A model generated the notes under the pieces. It had not been told where the DNA came from, ran no database searches, and worked only from the letters and a program-made list of their open reading frames with translations. Shown here piece by piece: positions 1 to 8,341 of a stretch of DNA of 34,365 bases. Within the stretch, counting starts at the first letter, position 1. Each line of letters begins with the position of its first letter. The stretch lies in the IMG/VR virus record IMGVR_UViG_3300032270_000715, positions 1-34,365 of that record; one strand, given 5' to 3'. Position numbers and translations under genes: made by a program. Origin of the DNA: a virus. Taxonomy: Duplodnaviria > Caudoviricetes.

Positions 1-1
1 C

Positions 2-793
2 ATCAAGAACTACGACCAATACGTCGAGACCGGGCGCCTGTCGGACTCCATGAAGCTACTGATCAAGCGCAGTGGGTACGGTGCCACGCCATCCCAGTTC
101 TTTTTCAAGCAGTGGGACAAGATGTACCCGGGCGTCAAGATGAACCCGGACGACGTCGAGACTCTGAAAGGGCTGGACCAACAGAAGATCAGCTTTGCCC
201 AGCCGGCGGCCGCGGCCAACCCGTATGCGCAGACGGCCATGAATATCCAAAGCATGATCCGGAACGCATCGATGGGGGCCATGAACGCCTTCGTGCCACC
301 GGCGGCAGCAGGCGAGATGCCAATGGCATTTGCTGGCCCAACGCTGCCGGCAAGCACGACGCTGCTCACGGTGATTGATAGGCTGCGTGGAGCGACCAGT
401 TTCCGGGGCACATCGCAGCTGGAGTACAAGCAGGCTGGCGATTACCAGTCGCACCCCCGGGAGAACTTCTTTTTTGACTTCAACCCAGCCCTTGTATCCA
501 GGGCCCAGGCACGGGCCCGGAGCCTAAGCGAGCAAGACATCAATGCGCTGACGTTCACCGTGTTGACTGAGTCCGGGCCAACGCGGCTTGGCAAGCTGGA
601 GGTCGCAGCCAACCTGATCAACCGGTCAGCAGCCAACAAAAACATCCCGATTGTCAGTGTTGCCAAGGCTCCTGGCCAGTACGAAGGCGTCTTCAACTAC
701 AAGCCCAGCCAGCTAATTAGCGCCTCAGAGGGTCGACGAATCTTTGGGTCCGCATACGATCAGGTCAGGAAACTGATAACACGGGGTCGCTAG
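2..793 (+). CDS. Internal virion protein (5'-truncated, gp15-like position) with C-terminal SleB/Hydrolase_2-like cell wall hydrolase domain
   Basis: The frame is open from position 2 (IKNYDQYVETGRLSDSM...). The C-terminus LSEQDINALTFTVLTESG...KLEVAANLINR...VAKAPGQYEGV matches the SleB pattern (catalytic Glu near 569, NR motif, PxQF/Y). It lies directly upstream of the giant virion protein. Confidence 0.7.
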   Translation: MKNYDQYVETGRLSDSMKLLIKRSGYGATPSQFFFKQWDKMYPGVKMNPDDVETLKGLDQQKISFAQPAAAANPYAQTAMNIQSMIRNASMGAMNAFVPPAAAGEMPMAFAGPTLPASTTLLTVIDRLRGATSFRGTSQLEYKQAGDYQSHPRENFFFDFNPALVSRAQARARSLSEQDINALTFTVLTESGPTRLGKLEVAANLINRSAANKNIPIVSVAKAPGQYEGVFNYKPSQLISASEGRRIFGSAYDQVRKLITRGR

Positions 794-796
794 GCC

Positions 797-3700
797 ATGC
801 CTTCCCAATTCATCACCCGCCCTGACGGCACGATTGAGCACGTGCGGACGGGTGGCAAGGCCATAGATCCGGCCAGCATCAAGAAGCCTGACCAGTGGAC
901 TGGCGCGACAAAGGAGTCGATGCAGCGCGACAAGGAAGCGTCGACTCGGATAGTCCTTGGCGCCGTTCGCAACCTGGCACAGAACGTGCTAGGCAACGCA
1001 CCAGCTGATGCGCTTAGCGGCCTAGACCCAGAAACGATGAAGGCGTTTCCCGAGCCCGTTCGGAACGCATTGAAAGGCATCACGGGCCCCGGGCCTCGCC
1101 CCGTTGGGGCTCCAGACGCCAAGTTGCTGGGCGTGTTTCCACCGTTGCCGAAGGTCAAGCTCAAGGACCCGACAGAAGAGTTGATTAGCGGATTTGTCCA
1201 AGGAGGCATGGGCTTTTTCTTGGCGTCCAGGGGCCTGAAAGGAGCCGGTGGTGCAGCCATGCGTGTGCCCGGCGTGGCTGGCGCAACTCAAGCCGTGCGA
1301 ACTGGAGCACAGGCAGTTCGGCAAGCTGCTGGCGTCACAACCGCAACGGCCCGTGGGGCCGGTGGTTTCGCCGGGGCCGTCGGCAACGTCGCCAATGTTG
1401 CTGGCAAGGTTGCACTGAAGACCGGCTCCATCGTTGCCCAGGGTGCTGCGCCTGGCTTCGTCGTCGACTACGCGGGCTTTGACGCAGGCTCGACGCTGAC
1501 GGATCAGGTCTTGACCTGGGTCGAGAAGCAGCGCGGCACACCGATCCATGCCCCATTGCTTGACCTGGTGCGCTCTGCGCCTGGCGACAGTGCTGCCGAT
1601 GCACGGTGGAAGTCTGGCGTCGAAGGCATGTTCTTCGTTGGGCCAGCCGCAAGTGCAACCATCGAGGGCCTTGGCCGGGTGGCCAAATCAATTATCAACT
1701 TGGCCAAAGCCCGCCAAGCCAGCAGGGGCACTGACCCCAACATCCCGCCTGAGCCTCCGGCCAGCGGGCAGACGGTCGACGTCACTGCTGCTCCCGTTGG
1801 TCCCAACACCAAGGTCGCCACTGCCCCCAACGCTGGCCCTGGCGTCACCCAGGCCGCACCCAAGAGCAAAGCTTCTGCGCCTGACGTCGCCAAGGCGTAC
1901 ATGGACATGCGGCCCCGGACGCCGCTGTGGGAAAAGCAAGGCGTTGAAACCCAGGGCCGCCTTGATGACCCTTGGGCCGATGTGCAGGCCGCAACCAAGG
2001 ACTTCGTCGAAGCCACAACACTTGCCGACACCGCAGTGGCCCGGGCGTCCAGCACGGTGCCCGATGAAGCCGGCCCGGTGGCAACGGTGGATCGCGGCAA
2101 CGCCATGCCGAGCTATTCCCAAGTGCGGGAGACTCCTGTCGCTGAGATCGACACCGATCCCACCCGGCTGCAGTTCAAGGCAGCTGGCCAGGGCAAAGGC
2201 AAACGTGGTGTCTCCGGGTCCCTGAAGGACGCCAAGTCCTATGACCCGTTATTCGGCAAGATCGTCAGCATTTGGCGTGACCCAGAGACCGGGCGCCTGC
2301 TGGTCGTCAATGGCCACAACCGCCTGGACCTGGCTCGTCGCTCTGGCGTCCAGAACATCTTGACCTGGGAGATCGACGCCCCCAACGCCGAGCAGGCCCG
2401 GGCCATCGGCGCAATGGAGAACATTGCCGAAGGTCAAGGCACGGCCTGGGACGCCGCCAAGATCATGCGCGACATGGGCATCGACGGCGAGGAGATGGCC
2501 CGTCGCAACATCGACGTCACCAAGGGCGTTGCGCAGAAAGGTGTGGCCCTGTCCCGCTTGCCGCAGGAAATCTTCGATCAAGGCGTCACCGGCAAGCTGA
2601 GCCTGGAGAAAGCTGTGGCCCTGGGCAGCGTGAAGCTCGACGACGTCGTGGTCCGGGATGTGGCAGCCGCTGCAGCCAAGGGCAACTGGTCGGCCGACAA
2701 GATCCTGCAAGCCATGCAGGAGGCCAAGTTTGCCCAAACAGCTGAGGCCACCGGCGGCGGCGTGCTGCCCGGGTTTGAGGACATGTTCAAGACCAGCAAC
2801 TTCGAGCAGCTGCTGGACATCAGGACCGAGGCCTTCAAGGCCCTGCGGGAAGAAATGGTTGCGCTGACGTCCGTGGCCCGGGAAGGTCGCCGCGGGATCC
2901 TCGAGGCTGCCGGCAATGTCGTCGACGTCGCCGGATCACAAGCCGCAAGGGGCCAAGCTGCAATCGCTGTCGAGATCTTTGACCGGGTCACCGGGTACAT
3001 CGGGCCGGTGCGGGACCTGCTGAATGAAATGGCGGGTCAGGTAAGCGCCAAGCGTTCGGCCAAGGCGATCGTCACTGAGAACCTTGAGCGGCTGCGGGCT
3101 GCGATTGAGGCGGAAGGCGGCAAGCCACGGTTGCCCCTCGAGCAACCAACCGCTGCTGCGGTGGCCCCGAGTGTCCCAAGTGCGGGAACTCCGCCACCCC
3201 CGGCCCCACGCACAGCAGTCCAGCCGATGGGCAATGTGGCTGCTGCCGCCATCGAACCACCTGCTGTTCCGCTTGCCAATCTTAGGGCCGACAGTCCCGA
3301 GCGACTTTCGCCAGAGGAGTTTGCTGCTGCGGCAAAGCAAGGAGTCATTGGCCCAGCCATGGAGCCAGGCTTCCAGCGCATCCAGCGCGACCAAGTGCAA
3401 GTCAGGGACGACCGTCCGGCTGGGGCGCAGGAAGCAATCGACAGAGCAAATGCTCTAAAGGGGAAGACGCTCACTCCAGCGGACGTAGAGCAGATCCGGA
3501 CTGCGGGCCGCATCAACTCAAATCGGATCCTGAAAGACATCGACCAGGGCCTCAATCTTGGCTACAAGACCGACGACATCGCTGCTTTTGTCGTCCATAG
3601 CCACCTGCTGAGAACAGATAAGGCTTACGAAAAACTGGCAACCGACTACGCAACGAGGAAAGTTGGCTTTGACGCGTTGAAAGAGCGGTGGACACCGGAG

Positions 3701-6700
3701 ACTATCAAGGCCGCGTATGACGACATGCAGGCCCGAACGACTGCTTCAGAGCCAAACGTCCCAACCGCAATAACTTCAACACCAGTTGCTGCTGCCCCGC
3801 CCACTGCTGCTTTTGCGGACCCCTTGTCGGCCGAGAACCTAGCCGATGCCCGTCTGACCCTTGGCCTGCCATCTACCGCCAACCTGAAAGCTATCCAAAC
3901 CGCGGCCAAGGAACAGGGTTACGACGCCATCCAGTGGACCGGAACTGCCGGCACTCCTGGTGGCAAAGGCGGTCGGATCGACCTGCGGTCCGACATGGAG
4001 TCGCAGAGCCAACTGCCACTGGGCGAACAACCGCTCACCGAAATGCCGGCCAAGTGGCTCGTCCCCGAGGACGTGGCAAATGAGACCAAGGCCCTCGTCA
4101 CCGACGTCGTCCGACGAGTTGCCGGCGATGACATTGCCCTCAGGTTCTACGACAGCATCGTCATCAAGAAAGGGACCAAGGCCCACGGCACAGCAGACAG
4201 AAACGTAGAGATCGGTGGCTCCTACAACCCCTATGCCAACTCTGGCTTTGGCGGCCGTGGCGAAGTGTTCATGGACCCGATCGCAGAAGCCATCAGCTTC
4301 ACCCGGATGCGGCTGAAGGTCACAGCAACCAAGGAGCACTTCAAGGACTTGTTGAACTATCGGGCCGACAAGTTGGAGACCGCGTTCCACGAATCCTTCC
4401 ATGCTGTCCAACAGCGGTACCTGACCTTGAAGCAGATCAAGGTTGTGGACTCCGGCATTGCCAAGGCCCGCCTTTGGTTCGCTGATTCAAATGCAGCCCG
4501 CAGGGGGCGCATCATCGAGCGAGCCAAGGAGCTTGGCGTCAAGCCAGAACTCCAGATGCCATCCGAGACCCAGGCCCAGGGCTTTGAGGTCTACGGCCCT
4601 GCCATGGAAGCTGGTGTCTCGCCGGCTGCCGCGTTGCTTGGGTTCCCCATCGAGGACCTGAAGGCCCTGTACTCCGTCAAGGGCCTGACTGGTTCCCGCT
4701 GGGCCGACGGCATCCTGAAGGGCGTTGTCGCCGCCACCAACGTCATCAACAAGTTGATCGACACCGTCGAGAAGATCGGCAACGCAGCCCAGTTCAGGGG
4801 CTGGACGTCGATCGAGGACATCTATCGCAAGGCGTACACCGGCGAGCTGCAGCGCACGGGCAAGGCAAGTGGCATGCAGCCGGCATTTGGTCCGCTTGAG
4901 CGGTACGAGCCAGGTGCTGACCCGAACCTGGCTGGCAAGACAGTTGAGGAGCTTGATGCCATGACCGCCGAGCAGCTAATGCGCGGCATTGCGCTGCTTG
5001 AGCAACGGGGTGAATACGACTTGGCCAAGGAGTGGCGTGACGCATTGGCGGCCGATCAGGCCAGCAACACAGAGGTCGGTCGCATCAACGGTGAACAGGC
5101 ATCGGAGGTGCCACCACCCCGGCAGCCAGTGGAGTCTGGCCCTGGCCCTGAGAACAGCGACGAGTGGGTGCGTCGGTTCGCCCAGCAACTTGGGATGACC
5201 AAAGAGCAACTCCTGAGCGGGGAGCTGACTTACGATGACTTGCTGGCCAACAGCTTCCAAAAGACCCAGAGCCCCTCCGGCCAAACGATCTACACCGCAA
5301 CCAAGGAAGACCTGGTCGACGGTTACAACGCCATGTCCAGGGTGTTGCCTGGCCGGGAAGAACTGTCTGGCATCCCGTCGTTCACTCGGGAGGAAGTCCG
5401 GGCTCTGAGCCAGGCTTGGCTCTCTCGTCACGGCGAAGACGGCGAAGCAATCATGCGGGGCCTGAGCCCACTGATTCGCGGTTTCGAGGATTACCAGTTG
5501 GGCGCCTTGAACCGTGCCATGTGGCTGGCCGACAAAAAGCAGGTCGAGGCTTCGATGGAAGCCGCCATGTGGTTGAACTCAGCCAGCGTCGAGGGCCTCA
5601 ACCAGTCCGAACGGCTGGCCAGGTTGATCACTGCAGCTGAATCAGCCCGGGCCACCCATGAGGCTGTGATGCGTGTCACCAGGCCCTGGGGCCAGCTGGG
5701 TGTCGAGATGCAGGTGCCCCGCAACTACGACGCACCACCAGCTACACGGGTCGCTGAAGAGGTTATCCCACCTGCCGAGACCATCGACATCGAGGAAGCC
5801 ATCACCAAGGAGCTCGAGATCGAAGGGGCCCGCCCGATCGAAGAGACCATCACCGGCAAGATCGACGAGGAACTGGTGGACGCTGCCAACGGTGGTGAGA
5901 TCACACCCAAAGCCCAGGCCGCGGCCGATGCTTTGGCCCAGGCCCTGGTCAGCGCCGGTGCCGAGCCCGCCATGCGCAACAGGTGGTGGCGTCGTTTTGA
6001 TGACCCAGCCTTGCAAAACATGGGCCCCAACGGGTTGCTGATGCTGCGGGTCAACAACTTGATCAGCAGTGGCGTCACTGCAACCACCAACTTGGGCAAC
6101 GGAATGCTGAACCTGGCTCGGTTCCCGTTGCAGCAAGCAGGTGGCGCCTTGGCTCAAGGCGAGATGAAGCGCGCCATGTACTCGATGATGATGTTCCAGC
6201 AGTACTGGATGAACCTGAGCAACGCCATGCGCGTCGCTGGCCACTCCCTGAAGGCTGGCCGGTCGCTGATGAACATGGACGTCAGCACCCTTGATTGGCT
6301 GGACCGTGTCGCCCAACGTGACGCCCAAGGCGAGTTGCTGTCCGGGCCAGATGCGCCGACGGGCTGGACTATCAACACCGTCAACATGAGCCAGGACATG
6401 GCCCAGCGCCCCATCGGCCAGGCCATTAACAAGTTGTGGCAGGTCGTCGGTACAGGCGCCAGCCGCCTGGCCATCGGCATCGACACCTTCAACTCCACGC
6501 TCGCTGGGTACGCCTACGAGCACGTACGCCACCTGCCCCGGGGCATGGAGCTGGCAACGGAGCGTGGCATGAAGGAATTCAGCGCAGATGCTTGGAAGTT
6601 TGCGCAGCAATACGCAGACGCCAGGACCCAGGAGACCATGAAGTCAGCGGTGATTGACGGCAAGAACCTGGCTGACGTCGCCATGGAGAGCCCCCAGGCC

Positions 6701-8335
6701 CAAAACTTCATGAACGCCATCAACTTCACCGACAACGTGTGGAGTGAGCTCGAGACCAGGACCCTGTCGCAAGGCATCAGCATTGGTCAGACCAAAGGTC
6801 TGAGTGGCAACGAGCTGCAGGCATTTGCACAGAAATACGTTGAAGAGGGGCAAATGCAACACCGCATCGCCAACTACGCCCTCAACGGCCCTGTGGCCTT
6901 TGGGCGCCTTGGCTCGATTCCAGGCGAAGCCATGCAGTCGCTGTCCAATGCACGCCTGGTTGGCCCGGTGTTCAAGTTCATCCAGCCGTTCCAGCGGGTG
7001 CCGTCGAACATCATCAAGTCCGCCATGCGCAACACGCCGGCCGCGGTCTTTGTCGACACGTGGTGGCGGGACATCACCAGCGAGGACGCCTTCACCCGGG
7101 ACCGGGCTGTCGGAGAGGTGGCTGTCGGATCTGCAGCACTGTCGCTTGTCGCCATGGCTTCGGGCCTTGGGTACATGAGGTTTAACGGTGGTGGCCCGAT
7201 TGACCCTGCCGCCAAGGAGAAGTGGACGACCATCGAGAAACGGATGCCGTATTCGGTGCAGTTCTGGGACGACGCTGCAGGTGCTTGGTCCGCACCGACA
7301 TCCATGCGGGCCCTGGAGCCGTTTGCCACACTCTTTGGGGCCATCGGCGATTACACCGACATCGCTAATTCTTTGTCGACCGAGAGCCGCAACCGCCTGG
7401 GGTCAAGCCTGGTGTTGACCCTGGCCCGCATGTCGACCAGTGGCGTGCTGAGCAAGAGCTATTTCCAGGGCTTCAACGAGTTGTACGAGGCGGCCTTCAA
7501 CCCCAGCAAGATCATCACGGGACCCGCCCAACGTGATCCGCTGGCCCGGTACCTGTCCAGGATCGTGGCCAGCATGGTGCCGTACAGCTCCGCCCTGCGG
7601 GCCGCACGACGTGAGACAGATCCCGTCAGCCGCACCGTGGACCCAAGCGACATCGGCGGCTTCATGGGCTTCTTCCAGGAGACCTTGGACGAGGTACGCA
7701 ACGCTGTGCCCGGGTGGTCGAACAACCTGCCGGCACGCCGTGACTGGATTAACGGGGCTCCGATTCTGACCCAGGGCATCCTTGGCGCAGAGATCATTCC
7801 AGCTGACATGCCGTGGCTCCAAGCCGCCATGCAGTTCACCCCGTTTGCTGCGTTCCAGCAGGGCCGCGAGACCTTGGGCCCCGTCCACGAAGAGATGGGC
7901 CTGCTGTCTGGCAAAGGCACCAACTTCTCTGGGCCACGGGCCTCTGACTTTGGGCCTGAGATGCGCTTGACCCCCAGCGAGCTCGAGGACTACACGCTCC
8001 GCTTTGCCACCGTCAAGGACGAGTACGGCCTGACGTTCGAGCAGACGGCCACCAAGTTGATTGAATCCGCTCAGTACCAGTCCTGGCCTGTCGAAGGCCC
8101 ATCAAGCCGCGACGTCAGCCTCCGTGCTGCTGCAATTCAGACCGAAATCCAGCGGTTCAAGAAGCTGGCCAAGGACGATTTCAAGTTCAGCACAGCCAAG
8201 GGCCAGCTGATTGCCGCTGAAGAAGCTGCTGCTGAAGCCCGAAAGGCTGAAAAGACTTACATTCAACGGTATGGTATGGACAACAGTCCACAGCCCGCGC
8301 AGCCTGGCGCTCCCTGGTCCCCCACACCTCGTTAA
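797..8335 (+). CDS. Giant internal virion (ejection) protein at the gp16 position; polyvalent, with a ParB-like domain, an HExxH zincin-like motif and an LPD38-like C-terminal region
   Basis: 2512-aa ORF immediately before the tail fibre gene. ParB-like segment IVSIWRDPETGRLLVVNGHNRL...AMENI (~2120-2700); AFHESFHAVQ at 4382-4411. The C-terminal third (FIQPFQRVPSNII, RALEPFATLFGAIGD, SKSYFQG, LPARRDWING) resembles podovirus internal virion protein/LPD38 regions. Confidence 0.75.
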   Translation: MPSQFITRPDGTIEHVRTGGKAIDPASIKKPDQWTGATKESMQRDKEASTRIVLGAVRNLAQNVLGNAPADALSGLDPETMKAFPEPVRNALKGITGPGPRPVGAPDAKLLGVFPPLPKVKLKDPTEELISGFVQGGMGFFLASRGLKGAGGAAMRVPGVAGATQAVRTGAQAVRQAAGVTTATARGAGGFAGAVGNVANVAGKVALKTGSIVAQGAAPGFVVDYAGFDAGSTLTDQVLTWVEKQRGTPIHAPLLDLVRSAPGDSAADARWKSGVEGMFFVGPAASATIEGLGRVAKSIINLAKARQASRGTDPNIPPEPPASGQTVDVTAAPVGPNTKVATAPNAGPGVTQAAPKSKASAPDVAKAYMDMRPRTPLWEKQGVETQGRLDDPWADVQAATKDFVEATTLADTAVARASSTVPDEAGPVATVDRGNAMPSYSQVRETPVAEIDTDPTRLQFKAAGQGKGKRGVSGSLKDAKSYDPLFGKIVSIWRDPETGRLLVVNGHNRLDLARRSGVQNILTWEIDAPNAEQARAIGAMENIAEGQGTAWDAAKIMRDMGIDGEEMARRNIDVTKGVAQKGVALSRLPQEIFDQGVTGKLSLEKAVALGSVKLDDVVVRDVAAAAAKGNWSADKILQAMQEAKFAQTAEATGGGVLPGFEDMFKTSNFEQLLDIRTEAFKALREEMVALTSVAREGRRGILEAAGNVVDVAGSQAARGQAAIAVEIFDRVTGYIGPVRDLLNEMAGQVSAKRSAKAIVTENLERLRAAIEAEGGKPRLPLEQPTAAAVAPSVPSAGTPPPPAPRTAVQPMGNVAAAAIEPPAVPLANLRADSPERLSPEEFAAAAKQGVIGPAMEPGFQRIQRDQVQVRDDRPAGAQEAIDRANALKGKTLTPADVEQIRTAGRINSNRILKDIDQGLNLGYKTDDIAAFVVHSHLLRTDKAYEKLATDYATRKVGFDALKERWTPETIKAAYDDMQARTTASEPNVPTAITSTPVAAAPPTAAFADPLSAENLADARLTLGLPSTANLKAIQTAAKEQGYDAIQWTGTAGTPGGKGGRIDLRSDMESQSQLPLGEQPLTEMPAKWLVPEDVANETKALVTDVVRRVAGDDIALRFYDSIVIKKGTKAHGTADRNVEIGGSYNPYANSGFGGRGEVFMDPIAEAISFTRMRLKVTATKEHFKDLLNYRADKLETAFHESFHAVQQRYLTLKQIKVVDSGIAKARLWFADSNAARRGRIIERAKELGVKPELQMPSETQAQGFEVYGPAMEAGVSPAAALLGFPIEDLKALYSVKGLTGSRWADGILKGVVAATNVINKLIDTVEKIGNAAQFRGWTSIEDIYRKAYTGELQRTGKASGMQPAFGPLERYEPGADPNLAGKTVEELDAMTAEQLMRGIALLEQRGEYDLAKEWRDALAADQASNTEVGRINGEQASEVPPPRQPVESGPGPENSDEWVRRFAQQLGMTKEQLLSGELTYDDLLANSFQKTQSPSGQTIYTATKEDLVDGYNAMSRVLPGREELSGIPSFTREEVRALSQAWLSRHGEDGEAIMRGLSPLIRGFEDYQLGALNRAMWLADKKQVEASMEAAMWLNSASVEGLNQSERLARLITAAESARATHEAVMRVTRPWGQLGVEMQVPRNYDAPPATRVAEEVIPPAETIDIEEAITKELEIEGARPIEETITGKIDEELVDAANGGEITPKAQAAADALAQALVSAGAEPAMRNRWWRRFDDPALQNMGPNGLLMLRVNNLISSGVTATTNLGNGMLNLARFPLQQAGGALAQGEMKRAMYSMMMFQQYWMNLSNAMRVAGHSLKAGRSLMNMDVSTLDWLDRVAQRDAQGELLSGPDAPTGWTINTVNMSQDMAQRPIGQAINKLWQVVGTGASRLAIGIDTFNSTLAGYAYEHVRHLPRGMELATERGMKEFSADAWKFAQQYADARTQETMKSAVIDGKNLADVAMESPQAQNFMNAINFTDNVWSELETRTLSQGISIGQTKGLSGNELQAFAQKYVEEGQMQHRIANYALNGPVAFGRLGSIPGEAMQSLSNARLVGPVFKFIQPFQRVPSNIIKSAMRNTPAAVFVDTWWRDITSEDAFTRDRAVGEVAVGSAALSLVAMASGLGYMRFNGGGPIDPAAKEKWTTIEKRMPYSVQFWDDAAGAWSAPTSMRALEPFATLFGAIGDYTDIANSLSTESRNRLGSSLVLTLARMSTSGVLSKSYFQGFNELYEAAFNPSKIITGPAQRDPLARYLSRIVASMVPYSSALRAARRETDPVSRTVDPSDIGGFMGFFQETLDEVRNAVPGWSNNLPARRDWINGAPILTQGILGAEIIPADMPWLQAAMQFTPFAAFQQGRETLGPVHEEMGLLSGKGTNFSGPRASDFGPEMRLTPSELEDYTLRFATVKDEYGLTFEQTATKLIESAQYQSWPVEGPSSRDVSLRAAAIQTEIQRFKKLAKDDFKFSTAKGQLIAAEEAAAEARKAEKTYIQRYGMDNSPQPAQPGAPWSPTPR

Positions 8336-8341
8336 TCGCTG

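Noticed and set aside
5642-6610. Long antisense ORFs (also 16128-17414, 23209-24087, 32630-33805 and others)
   Set aside because: They are shadow frames of GC-biased genes, lie opposite well-supported CDSs and show no recognisable motifs.
797-8335. N4-type virion RNA polymerase as the identity of the giant ORF
   Set aside because: No polymerase motifs are visible in it, and the phage has a separate T7-like RNAP at 23212.
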